A DNA stretch of 64,000 bases from an uncultured virus (IMG/VR IMGVR_UViG_3300009466_000002). Taxonomy: Duplodnaviria > Heunggongvirae > Uroviricota > Caudoviricetes. The stretch is taken from the IMG/VR virus record IMGVR_UViG_3300009466_000002; one strand, given 5' to 3'. The notes beneath the pieces are model-generated. The model was not told the DNA's origin. It worked only from the letters and a program-made list of their open reading frames with translations, and searched no databases. Shown in pieces: positions 44,701 through 52,930 of the stretch. Position numbers and translations under genes: made by a program. Each line of letters opens with the position of its first letter. Position 1 is the first letter of the stretch.

Positions 44701-47034
44701 GTCAAAGTTGGCTGGATTAAAGAGCTGAGCAATACGCCTGGCGTAGTCGCCAAGGTCGAGCTCACTGTCTGATGTCAGATCTTTAATCTCTTCGATCTTT
44801 TTGCGGACGTCCTCGAGACGTTGTACGGCTTCGTCGTACTTGGCGTTGACGAGTGATTCTTCAAATGCCTTGGCGCGTTTGGTCGCTTCGTCTGCGGACT
44901 CTCCGATGTCCTTGTATGTGGTGTTGAGTCTTCTCAGTGCTTCTTCTGCACGTTTGTCGCTGGCGAGCTTGTCCTGCGCTTCCTTCCACGCGCTGAAACG
45001 CTCGAGCAATAAACCCAGCGTTGCGCTGATGGCAAACATCATTAGGTTGAACTTGACGAAGTTGCCGATGAGGCCGACGATTCCCCCGCCTGCTGCTTTA
45101 CTCTGTGTGTTTAGGGAGCCTATTTTTGAGCCTGCTTGTTGAGCGGCAGCACCGACCGTATTCAGTTGAACAACAACCTGCTCGAGCTCGGATTTAAGAG
45201 CCTTGAGCGCAACGCTTGAAGGTTGCCACGCAGCTAGGAAACTCTTGCCCGCTGTACCGGCGGCTACTGCGACTGTTCCTATGTAGGCAATGAGACCACC
45301 AATAATTGCCCTGAGCTTGTTGAACTGATTGATTACGAATTCGCTTACTTTGCCCCAGTTCTCGAGGACACTCTTAAGCAGGAAGCCTGCTTTGATGAGT
45401 GGAATTACGCCTGTCATCTGCAGTAGGCGCATATTTGCACTGATCTGGGACAGTTCCTGGACTAGGGGGAGTTTCAGGAACTCACCCCACATGGCAAGGA
45501 AGCCGCTCAATCCTCTTGTCGCGGCAAGAAGTGCAGGTGATATGGCTTCAAACGCCCCGATGAGGGCCTTTAGCTGCTCGAGCTTTAAGCTGAGGAGTCC
45601 GAGTGCGAGGGCGGCAAGTCCTTTTGTGATTGCACCAAATGCGTTGGCCAAACGCTCAGTGATCGTCGCCAGTTGTAAGTAAACACTGTCTAACGCTTTA
45701 TTGACTTCGATGGAGACGCGTTTAATAGCTGCCTCCACGCCTTTTAAGGCATCCTCAGCGCCAAAGCCAGATTCTTGTTGTACTGGTCTTCTTGTTTGAT
45801 CTCGGGATATTCGTCCGCCCCCTCCACCACCTGACTGTCGTGACCCCCCGGATGCACCGAGGGTTCTACCGAAGCCGATGCTCAACAGGTTCCCAAGGGA
45901 GGAACCAGCCTGGGAAGCGATGCTGAATAGCTCTTTTCTGATGCTGAATAGAAAGCCGAAGACTTTGGAGAGCCCGTCGATGAGCGGATCCAGTAGTCCG
46001 CGACCAAAGTTTTGATTGATGAGCTCAGAGAGGTCCTTGATGTTGGAGACAACACCCGCGAAGCCTTCGGCCGCGATGCGCTGACCAGCGACGGCGGCGG
46101 CAAGGCGGTCTTCGAGGAACTTGACGACACCACCGGCCTCGGTTTTAGCCTTAGCGATGTCTTCGTTGGTGATACCCAGCGACTTCGCCAGGTACGAGTC
46201 CATGGTGATGTCACCACGGAGGATGGAGCCGATCTCCTGGCGAGCTTGGTAAAGGGGGATGCCGAACGTACCGAGAGCGGCGGCAAAGTTGATCGCGAGG
46301 TCTTCGGCTTCTTTCAGGCCCCCTCCGATTTGACCGACTTGGGCAGCAACAATGCCGAAGACTTCAATGACTTCGTTGGAAGTTACACCCGCGAGTGCGA
46401 TCGACCGTTCTCGGATGGAATCGATGCGTTTTCCAACTTCGCCAGTTAGCGAGACGATCTTCTCGTAGGGATCAGTAATTTCTTTCCCACCTCTTAAGAC
46501 TCTATTTGTTGAGGCTAGGGTTGTCTGTGTCTTTAGGATGGTTTCTCGTAGCTGGATCTCGCGTCCAATGGTCTCTTTGAATAGACCGCCGAATGCGGCT
46601 TGGGTTATTTTGGCCGCTTCGTTGATTGCATAAAGGCTAAAAGCTATTCGGGTTAGCTTGCCTACTAGGGTCTCGGCGGCTTTGCCTGCTGTCTCAAGCG
46701 TGCCTTTTATGACGGCACCGGCGTCTCCTACGCTCTTGCTGCTTTCGCTAGCGACTGTGCCAACAGTGCGTAACTGACCAGCGACTTCATTGATGCTGCT
46801 AATGGGGCCTACAGGAAGTTTGCTGGCTACCCTGTAGAAATCTTGGATGCTATTAGTCGCACTTGTTATGTCCTTTTTGAGGTCTGCAAAGTTCTTGCTT
46901 ACATCAGAATAGTTTGGTATTTCAAGTTTGATTTGTCTTAGCTTAGTAGCTTCGTCTGCTAAGCGTTGTACGCCACCAAGTTTGCGCTCGGCGTCCTGAG
47001 TTTCAGCTGTAACTTTGAGCTGAAAGTCAGCCAC
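41758..47034 (-). CDS. tape measure protein with embedded M23-like domain
   Basis: 1758 aa helical; A.GGPV....YIVGE.GPELF.P near the C-terminus; follows the G/GT chaperones. Confidence 0.92.
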   Translation of the reverse strand: MADFQLKVTAETQDAERKLGGVQRLADEATKLRQIKLEIPNYSDVSKNFADLKKDITSATNSIQDFYRVASKLPVGPISSINEVAGQLRTVGTVASESSKSVGDAGAVIKGTLETAGKAAETLVGKLTRIAFSLYAINEAAKITQAAFGGLFKETIGREIQLRETILKTQTTLASTNRVLRGGKEITDPYEKIVSLTGEVGKRIDSIRERSIALAGVTSNEVIEVFGIVAAQVGQIGGGLKEAEDLAINFAAALGTFGIPLYQARQEIGSILRGDITMDSYLAKSLGITNEDIAKAKTEAGGVVKFLEDRLAAAVAGQRIAAEGFAGVVSNIKDLSELINQNFGRGLLDPLIDGLSKVFGFLFSIRKELFSIASQAGSSLGNLLSIGFGRTLGASGGSRQSGGGGGGRISRDQTRRPVQQESGFGAEDALKGVEAAIKRVSIEVNKALDSVYLQLATITERLANAFGAITKGLAALALGLLSLKLEQLKALIGAFEAISPALLAATRGLSGFLAMWGEFLKLPLVQELSQISANMRLLQMTGVIPLIKAGFLLKSVLENWGKVSEFVINQFNKLRAIIGGLIAYIGTVAVAAGTAGKSFLAAWQPSSVALKALKSELEQVVVQLNTVGAAAQQAGSKIGSLNTQSKAAGGGIVGLIGNFVKFNLMMFAISATLGLLLERFSAWKEAQDKLASDKRAEEALRRLNTTYKDIGESADEATKRAKAFEESLVNAKYDEAVQRLEDVRKKIEEIKDLTSDSELDLGDYARRIAQLFNPANFDAFLDRRPNELFSDAVLRKRRAQEKAAETDKAKWAQEVNKRAAADNLRLEAQNRVNLEKEIGDYRRQLDNDLFRQRQNLAQKEVEIFRAAGELRIFQMEQANAKLIEGEEGASAAALESLNNYLSTRERGELDIEAAKKSIVIEVANLEREIANYRLENEKKIAEIRKRAGDYDKAVADHRRQAAGATGPAITDGFRVGNTGHSTGPHLDIRNPAGDGQKVIDEAVQIIKAWQAMGVAYIQLSNTGKDVKNMTLEGDLRKALAAEQAVHARRSGGGAIDIAVPEGTVVPRRTGTPSWDSGGGGWMATSLDSGNIFLHGQSASKASVTAGQAPLAAPTAPSFDDIGAPAVAKYAEAVRGVASAMERARALQEALTNARTAAAFEAIAKAAFPKVALEEYDNQAIELTGTLDALRGISAELYDPEQIRIAVEQKSKELIAERERGQILTAAGDRLKKNQITQAEFDKLTAQLVERQKKYVDDLAKEAAARKRNLELTKQQNAVESLKRATGAIRFDVQRAGVQAQATMAQAFTGDNAAAQRRIEAELRIAEERIRLEQDATKTTEDVTRELTAFAEKTRSAATELGAMDEQVKQFVSQMAAIREASRAVTDGYKGLAQSFLSGGDLSEAVAQMSRSITDKLTGMVLDAAFKPMEDLFVKTLQDVFGMEDPTKALQEQNNINLGLNTQAIEANTAALQAAATKAATPTATVGGVAAVAGSAADAVNATTEAVSSLGETAKGAAQQADSASKSGKENFTKFTGAMVGVATGALAITGAIQSMQESEGGTYGTLMGIAGVLGGLGSIFGGIAGLGKKASGGPVSARRPYIVGEIGPELFIPEGAGTIIPNERLAFTSSSSGEGSNAGADGMSLPFQQANNPSVNNAFQGNSTSVSNAFSTLYGASIPFTKSTERVLAERSERETVSAINNPKPLDVRFESQVINGVEYVTAEQHQRGMAQAAERGRALTLEALQNSVTSRRKVGIN

Positions 47035-47061
47035 CTCTGCGCCCTATTCGCTATCCGTATG

Positions 47062-47547
47062 TTACGGCTGCCTTTCGGCCGGGGTTAGAAGTGCAGTGAG
47101 GGCGTGAACGGGTAGGCGACGTTGTCTACCGAGCTCGGTGAGGATGAAACGCGTGGGTTGGTCGGGTCCTTCGGCTTCGGTTGTGGAGGGGCGCCAGTCG
47201 GGGAAGGGTAAGAACTCCTGCACCTTGGTCTTGGGTGCGGCGCGTTTGGAACCGGAGAAGCCGTGCGCGATTTGGAGGAGAATCTGGGTGAGGCGAGCTG
47301 TGGGTAGAGCCCTGAGGTTCGCCCGAGATTGTTCGTGATCGTCGAGTTGGCGCAGCGCCCATCGGATGGTGCCGATGGGGGTGCGAAGGAAGCGCTCTCG
47401 GGGGAAGTCGTCCCCGAGAGGGGACATGCGGAGGCGGACGTAGATGGCGTCCCAATCTGTGAGTGGAGAGCGAAGGTGCTCCTCACACTGTTTCAGGATT
47501 TGGTCGGGGGTGGGCTGAATTCCGGTTCGTCCTCGGGGGGCTTTCCC
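47062..47547 (-). CDS. tail assembly chaperone GT extension (-1 frameshift product)
   Basis: -1 frame open from the slippery site to the stop at 47062. Confidence 0.75.
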   Translation of the reverse strand, partial: GKAPRGRTGIQPTPDQILKQCEEHLRSPLTDWDAIYVRLRMSPLGDDFPRERFLRTPIGTIRWALRQLDDHEQSRANLRALPTARLTQILLQIAHGFSGSKRAAPKTKVQEFLPFPDWRPSTTEAEGPDQPTRFILTELGRQRRLPVHALTALLTPAERQP

Positions 47548-48041
47548 TCGCTTTCAGGCTCGGGCCAGCCGTCGCGCTCCCAGGCAATCATCTGGAAGAC
47601 CTCTTCCATGAGCTTGGTGGGCATGGATTCGGTGTCGGCCTCGGTCCAGTCGGGGACTTTTTGCCAGTCCTTGGTTTTGGGCAGCTTGACCTCAGCGCGG
47701 TGCTGCATGAAGAGGGTGACAAAGGCCACCTGCTGCTCAACAGCGCCAATGCCGCTGCGCTGCATCTCCTCGAGCTCGGTGGCGTAGTCGTAGAGGACGT
47801 CTTGATTGTCGTTGCTGGCGTTGCTGAGAAGGTCGATTGCCTCTTTTGTAGAGATGCCCTTGTCTTCGGCTATACGTTTAGCGAGCTTGATGGATGCGAA
47901 GGTTGATCGTGATTGTTTGCGCGACAGCGCTTCGATTCCTTTGGCTTCACCGGGGACGAGATCGTTGTAGATCGGAAAGCGGAAGGGACCAATCGCGTGG
48001 TATTCCTCGGGGGCAAAGAGAAGCGAGGCGTACTTACTCAT
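47493..48041 (-). CDS. tail assembly chaperone G
   Basis: between tail tube and tape measure; ends ..EGK PPE. Confidence 0.8.
   Translation of the reverse strand: MSKYASLLFAPEEYHAIGPFRFPIYNDLVPGEAKGIEALSRKQSRSTFASIKLAKRIAEDKGISTKEAIDLLSNASNDNQDVLYDYATELEEMQRSGIGAVEQQVAFVTLFMQHRAEVKLPKTKDWQKVPDWTEADTESMPTKLMEEVFQMIAWERDGWPEPESEGKPPEDEPEFSPPPTKS
47541..47547 (-). other. programmed -1 frameshift heptamer G GGA AAG
   Basis: same heptamer and phase as the lambda G/GT site. Confidence 0.85.
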
Positions 48042-48267
48042 CACGAATAGGGAGCGCTACCTGCCACGCACGGAATGGCGCGGGTTGGTTGACGAGCTCG
48101 GGGGGTAGTTCGATCTCTACTGTAGCGTCGGCATACGCTAAGCGTATAAACTGGCTCTGGACGAGGGGTTCAAGGTAGAGGGCTCCGCAGTGGAGCGTGG
48201 AGCCTTCCACCGAACAATTAACTGCAAAGACCGTGTTGATTGGGTCTATAAGAAGATCGTGCTGCAT
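48034..48267 (-). CDS. hypothetical protein
   Basis: 77 aa; overlaps the chaperone start. Confidence 0.6.
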   Translation of the reverse strand: MQHDLLIDPINTVFAVNCSVEGSTLHCGALYLEPLVQSQFIRLAYADATVEIELPPELVNQPAPFRAWQVALPIRDE

Positions 48268-48273
48268 AAGTGC

Positions 48274-48300
48274 AAAGAAAAAGGGCCCATTGCGGGCCCT
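48274..48300 (-). terminator. intrinsic terminator after the major tail gene
   Basis: AGGGCCC-GCAAT-GGGCCCT-TTTTCTTT. Confidence 0.75.
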
Positions 48301-48322
48301 AGTGGTTTGACACGCTCGGGGA

Positions 48323-49336
48323 TCAGGCGGTCTTGAAGGTGGCGGTGAGGCCCTGGAGTGGGCGCTTCACACCGGAGGCAGAGGCGGCGCCGGAGGCATC
48401 CACCGCTTGGGTGATGGCGCCATCGGCCACGACGAGGCGGTAGATGGTGGCGGCTGCCAGGTCCGCGCTCGGGTTGATGGTCACCACGTTGGTGCCGGCG
48501 CCACCGAGGGTGACGGTGGCGGGAACCTTGGCGCCGGTGGAGGCGTTCTCCAGGCTGAAGCCGGAACCGTCGGCTTGACCCAGGGCGAGTTGGGTCAGGG
48601 CTGTGGTGCCGTCGCTGGTGTAGGTGACGGTGATGTTGTCGCCGACGGCGTGGCTGTCGGCGTTGTTCACCGGGCTCACTGCGGCCTGGCGGGTGCCGTT
48701 CACGAGGAAGAGCAGGCTGGAGAGGACGCCGCCAGAGCTAATGGCCGAGGCGCCGGCGTCGTAGCGACCGAAGACGGGCCGGGCGCGGGACATCAGGTCG
48801 AACGAGATCTCGGTGAGGCCCTCAGCGGTGAGGTTCTCCGAGTAGTTCTGGATCACGGCGTTGAAGCCGGTGAAGTCGTAGATGTAGTTGCCCGAGGTGC
48901 CGTCGGCTTGGCCCAGCTCCTTGAGGAACTCGATGTAGATCTCGTAGTCCTTGTTGTAGCGGGCTTTTTGGATCAGCTCGAAGCCTTCGTTGTAGCCGCC
49001 GCGGAAGATGGGGCAGTCCTGGCCGGCAGGGACTTCGGTGTCCTTCAGGAAGTAGGCGGTCACCGATGCCTGCACGGAGGACCCGGTGATCACGCTGTCC
49101 ATCCAGCCGTCATCACCCAGGAGACGGAACTCCTGGTTGTTGTCGTTGATCTGGAAGCTGGTGTTGGTGATGCCCTGGAGCTCGACGTAGCTGGCGCCGG
49201 TGTCGAGGGTGGGCAGGGTGATCGCGCCCGCGGTGGAGCGGGTGGCGAAGTAGCGGCAGGGTGGGGTCAGATCCACGGCGCGGACGATGGTCCGGTGCGC
49301 CTTGTGGAACGACAGCCCGATGGCGTAGTCAGCCAT
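48323..49336 (-). CDS. major tail tube protein with C-terminal Ig-like domain
   Basis: position; VVTINPSADLAAATIY.L.V..G Big_5-like end; strong codon bias. Confidence 0.8.
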   Translation of the reverse strand: MADYAIGLSFHKAHRTIVRAVDLTPPCRYFATRSTAGAITLPTLDTGASYVELQGITNTSFQINDNNQEFRLLGDDGWMDSVITGSSVQASVTAYFLKDTEVPAGQDCPIFRGGYNEGFELIQKARYNKDYEIYIEFLKELGQADGTSGNYIYDFTGFNAVIQNYSENLTAEGLTEISFDLMSRARPVFGRYDAGASAISSGGVLSSLLFLVNGTRQAAVSPVNNADSHAVGDNITVTYTSDGTTALTQLALGQADGSGFSLENASTGAKVPATVTLGGAGTNVVTINPSADLAAATIYRLVVADGAITQAVDASGAASASGVKRPLQGLTATFKTA

Positions 49337-49348
49337 TGTTGGGACTCC

Positions 49349-49822
49349 TTAAGGGATCGGGGGGTTCAGGACGGCGCCGCGGATGCGTGCCGTGAGGGAC
49401 TCGAAGGTCGCCTCGGTTCGGGCCAGGTACGTGACTTGGTCCCGGGGGAAGGCACGGGAGAGGCGACGGGCGATGTCCAGCAGGGATGCCGGCATGCGGG
49501 TGCCTTCCTTGGTGCCGTAGTTCGTGAAGCGGACGGACCAGCTCTCGAAGGAGATGACGCCGCCGACCGAACCGGGGCTGGTGATCTCGGGGACGTCCTC
49601 GATGACGCACTCGATGCCGGTGATGGTCCAGTTGGAGGGGACCATCGAGGCGCCGGTGACGTAGACCGCGGGAACGCGGCTGGAGTCGGGGAGCGTGTAG
49701 TACCCGGGCCAGGCGGTGTACGCCTTGAGGGTGGTCCCGTCGCTCTCGTAGAGGTCGAGGATGTGGAGCTCAAGGGTGCGCCGCAGCGCGGTGACCGGTG
49801 GGCACTGGGTGGAGATCGTCAC
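49349..49822 (-). CDS. tail terminator/completion protein
   Basis: GTG at 49822 overlapping the upstream TGA; position. Confidence 0.65.
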   Translation of the reverse strand: MTISTQCPPVTALRRTLELHILDLYESDGTTLKAYTAWPGYYTLPDSSRVPAVYVTGASMVPSNWTITGIECVIEDVPEITSPGSVGGVISFESWSVRFTNYGTKEGTRMPASLLDIARRLSRAFPRDQVTYLARTEATFESLTARIRGAVLNPPIP

Positions 49823-50193
49823 TGCTGGGCCTCCAGCGCGGAGCGCAGCAGTTGGCCGAACTTGGCGGGGGCCTCCTCGAGGGGGGCTTTGGTCCAGGGA
49901 CGGCCAGGGAAGCGGAGGCCGGTGGTGGCAACTCCGCCCTCGTGGACTTGGCCGGCGTATTCGACGGGCCAGGTAAAGGTGATGGAGCCGTCGGCGTTGA
50001 CGACTCGGGTCTGGCTGGCGCGAAGGCGGCCGGTGTCCACGATGTCCCGCACTTGGGGCGGGGTGGGGTACTCCCACTTCGCGGCCGAGATTTCCTCGGT
50101 GAAGCGGGTGTCGAGCCAGGTGCCGAGTTGGCGGGTCGCTTGCGCGACGGCCGTGTTCAGCGCTTGGTTCAGTTGGCGTTGAGGGCGGGCCAT
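49819..50193 (-). CDS. HK97 gp10-like neck protein
   Basis: VDTGRLRAS, YA..VHEG, PGRPW. Confidence 0.8.
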   Translation of the reverse strand: MARPQRQLNQALNTAVAQATRQLGTWLDTRFTEEISAAKWEYPTPPQVRDIVDTGRLRASQTRVVNADGSITFTWPVEYAGQVHEGGVATTGLRFPGRPWTKAPLEEAPAKFGQLLRSALEAQQ

Positions 50194-50591
50194 CAGATGG
50201 GTCCTCCAACGACGCGGAAGGTGCCTTCGATGGATTGGCGCAGGTCCTTCCGGTGGAAGGAATCCATGGCCAGGTCGAAGACGAGCTCGAAACGTCCTCG
50301 GTAACCGTTGATCACGGCTTCGGCTTGGGAGCCGTTGGTGATGCGGGGGTCGAGGAGTGCCGGGCTGAGCAGACGGCCTCGGCAGGAGTAGGTGGTGGCG
50401 TCGGTGCCGGACTCGGGCTTCCAGGTGGGGGCCTGGAGGGTGAGGGCGGCGAGGTATTCGACGATCTCGGTGGATTGGGTGGCGTTGCCGGTGGTGGGAT
50501 CTGTGGTGGCCAGACCGGTGCCGACTTCAAACGCGAGCTGGGCGTTACCCCAGGGGGCGTAGGCGGCAAGGGTGGTGGCCGAGATCGCCAT
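50193..50591 (-). CDS. head closure/adaptor protein
   Basis: position between DUF4054 and gp10-like. Confidence 0.65.
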   Translation of the reverse strand: MAISATTLAAYAPWGNAQLAFEVGTGLATTDPTTGNATQSTEIVEYLAALTLQAPTWKPESGTDATTYSCRGRLLSPALLDPRITNGSQAEAVINGYRGRFELVFDLAMDSFHRKDLRQSIEGTFRVVGGPI

Positions 50592-50593
50592 GG

Positions 50594-50902
50594 CTACAGC
50601 GCGAATCCACTGAGGGGCCTGCTATCGAGCAGGCGCTTGTACTCCTGGCCGTAGAGGGTTGAGTCGAAGCCCGAGCCTGTGGGGGCGCCGGACTTGGTCT
50701 CGATCTGGAGGCCGATCTGCATGGTGCGGGTGGCCAGCAGGTGGGCAGCGAGGTAGCTGACGGCTTCGGTGTGGACGGTCCCCCAGGTTTCGGAGGGCGT
50801 GGACCGGCCCGCCTCGGCGAGAGTTCCTTCTACGACCGAGAGCGATTGCTCGCCGAACTCGGGGAAGCGGAGGAGGAACTCAGCGCTCGAGGGGACTGCC
50901 AT
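50594..50902 (-). CDS. DUF4054 head-tail adaptor
   Basis: F..RFPEF, YLAAHLL, T.YGQEY..L. Confidence 0.85.
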   Translation of the reverse strand: MAVPSSAEFLLRFPEFGEQSLSVVEGTLAEAGRSTPSETWGTVHTEAVSYLAAHLLATRTMQIGLQIETKSGAPTGSGFDSTLYGQEYKRLLDSRPLSGFAL

Positions 50903-51315
50903 TAGCCGTTACCTTCGGTGATGGCGCTGATGCGCTTGCCGATGGCGTTCTTCACGCGGATGCGGGAGTCCTTTGCATCCCAGAGGCGGAGTTGCTCGGT
51001 GTCGAAGCTGTCCTCGATCAGGCGCAGGGCGTCTTGAAGGGGGATGTCCGCGAGGGACTTGTTGGCTTCGGCGGGAGCTGCTTTGGCCTCGGTCACGTCC
51101 TCGGTTTCGATGCGAAGGGCACCGAGCTTGAGGAGGTTTTTGACCACGTCGTAGTCCTTGATCCGGGCCCAGACGTCCTCGGGGAAGTCACGGGTGACAC
51201 CCGAGGAGAGCTGGATGCTGTCGGTCAGGCCGCCGCCGTTGACGAACGAGAAACCGATGGAGCACTCCTTGTCCATCGGGGGGTTTTCAAGTTCAGGGCG
51301 GTAAACGATGATCAT
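50902..51315 (-). CDS. hypothetical head-associated protein
   Basis: follows the capsid gene; C-terminal R..V.NAI.KR. Confidence 0.7.
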   Translation of the reverse strand: MIIVYRPELENPPMDKECSIGFSFVNGGGLTDSIQLSSGVTRDFPEDVWARIKDYDVVKNLLKLGALRIETEDVTEAKAAPAEANKSLADIPLQDALRLIEDSFDTEQLRLWDAKDSRIRVKNAIGKRISAITEGNG

Positions 51316-51371
51316 GACTGAGTGAAGAGATTGTGCTGACCCATTCTGACTGGGTTAGAAAAGGCGAAAAG

Positions 51372-52289
51372 TTACGCCTTTTCGAGCACCAGTGCGCTCT
51401 TGGGGTAGTAGAGCGAGAGGCCACCGATGCGTGCGTGAGCAGCAACGGTGAACTCGAGGGCCTGGCGCAGGGGAGGCAGGAACTCCAGAGCCTGGGGGAT
51501 GTGCAGTTGCAGCTTGTCGGGGCTGCGGTCGTACACCACGATCCGGTCTTTGGACAGCGTGCCGCCGGACTTGCCTGCTTCCAGCTCGTTGATCGGCTCG
51601 ATGGCCTGGATCATCGGGTTGGTGCGCAGGAAGAACTCCATCACCGTGGTGTCCGAGGTGGTCGAACGGGGGGTGGTGGAGATGATGCGGTACACGTTGT
51701 AGGGCACCAGCATCGTGTTGGGCATCTCCTTCATGTTGGAGTTCTGAACGAGGCGGGTGGGTGCCTCGTTCAGAAGGGCCAGCATCTCGTCGGTGGTGAC
51801 ACCGGCGGTGTCGAACCACTTGTCGGGGACAAGCTTGTCGACTTGATCGTTGTTGAAGAAGCCCTTCATGCCGGAGGGGGCGTCGCCGAAGTAGGCGATC
51901 TCCTGCACTTTCTCCTCGTAAGCGCGACGGACGGCGTTGGCCCGGCGCTGCTCGAGGTTCATGCCGGGCACCATGGCGGCGGCACGGGTTTCTTGGATGG
52001 TGTAGGCGAAGGAGGCACCCAGCGAGCGAATCGGGTGGGTGACTTCCTTGCGCAGGACGTCAGCGCGGGGCAGGTCCTGGGCTTTGTCGCCGATGACCTT
52101 CATCGAGCCTTGCTTGTCGAAGACTCGGTAGGTGTAGGAATCAGCGCCGTTGCCGACCTCGGAGGAGATGGGGATCAGGCTGCTGTACTTGATGTCGGCG
52201 TACTCGACCTCGAAGGTGCGAGCCAGGATGGTTTCCAGCTCGCGGGCGAGAAAGATGCCGACCTCGTCGTTACGGATTTCGGTGGTCAT
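51372..52289 (-). CDS. major capsid protein (DUF2184, HK97 fold)
   Basis: FLARELE.I...FE.EY, DLPR.D, Y..QE.RAA, AYFGD....KG.FN, GG...YYP. Confidence 0.92.
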   Translation of the reverse strand: MTTEIRNDEVGIFLARELETILARTFEVEYADIKYSSLIPISSEVGNGADSYTYRVFDKQGSMKVIGDKAQDLPRADVLRKEVTHPIRSLGASFAYTIQETRAAAMVPGMNLEQRRANAVRRAYEEKVQEIAYFGDAPSGMKGFFNNDQVDKLVPDKWFDTAGVTTDEMLALLNEAPTRLVQNSNMKEMPNTMLVPYNVYRIISTTPRSTTSDTTVMEFFLRTNPMIQAIEPINELEAGKSGGTLSKDRIVVYDRSPDKLQLHIPQALEFLPPLRQALEFTVAAHARIGGLSLYYPKSALVLEKA

Positions 52290-52306
52290 GGGAGGAAGCT
52301 CCGTGA

Positions 52307-52918
52307 TCAAGTGTCGGCGGAGTAGGTCATGCCGGGGATGTCAATCTCCAGCAGAACCAGGCCGGCGGCGGTGGTTTCAGACAGCCAACGAGCGCCGGTG
52401 ATGGCGACGGTCTTGTTGGCAACAGCGGTCTTGGTGAAGCGACCGAGGAAGGCGCCGGTGACGGTGCCGGAGTGGTCAGCGTTGTAGAAGCGGACCGCGT
52501 CGCCGAGGGCGATGGCGGTGGCGCTGTACACCCAGATCACACCTTTGGAGACCACGTTGACGGTCTCGGTGTTGGGATAGCCGTAGCGGCCATCGCTGTA
52601 CACCGGGGTGGGGTTGGGGGTGTAGGTGGAGCCGAGGCTTGCGCCTTCGAGCACCTGGGAGCTGACGGCGAGGCCCTGGATCAGGGTCGCGTCCTCGGCG
52701 ATCTTCACCGCGAGAGCGTCATTGCTGGTGGGGCTGTTGTCGGTCTGGACCAGCACGCCATAGGGGATGGCGGCGCCGGATTGGTTGCGGTAGCTGCGGC
52801 AGACGTATGCCTGCAGGTCAGCCAGCATGCCCTCGTGACCGGCGACTTCGCGCAGCGGGTAGCTGCCTTGGGCGCCGGAGGGGTTGGCGACGGTGGTGGC
52901 GGTAAAAGTAACGGCCAT
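52307..52918 (-). CDS. capsid cement/decoration protein
   Basis: IPYG..V, V.V..KG.IWV, .GD.V, GARW; between DUF2213 and the capsid gene. Confidence 0.8.
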   Translation of the reverse strand: MAVTFTATTVANPSGAQGSYPLREVAGHEGMLADLQAYVCRSYRNQSGAAIPYGVLVQTDNSPTSNDALAVKIAEDATLIQGLAVSSQVLEGASLGSTYTPNPTPVYSDGRYGYPNTETVNVVSKGVIWVYSATAIALGDAVRFYNADHSGTVTGAFLGRFTKTAVANKTVAITGARWLSETTAAGLVLLEIDIPGMTYSADT

Positions 52919-52930
52919 GGAAGGAACTCC

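Noticed and set aside
48407..50182. Long + strand ORFs opposite structural and early genes (also 802-1575, 8077-8991, 52472-53782, and 16468-18030 on -)
   Set aside because: Shadow ORFs caused by high GC3 bias; the opposite strand encodes recognisable proteins.
51372..52289. Encapsulin/linocin nanocompartment
   Set aside because: It sits in a full terminase-portal-protease-tail operon, so it is the phage capsid.
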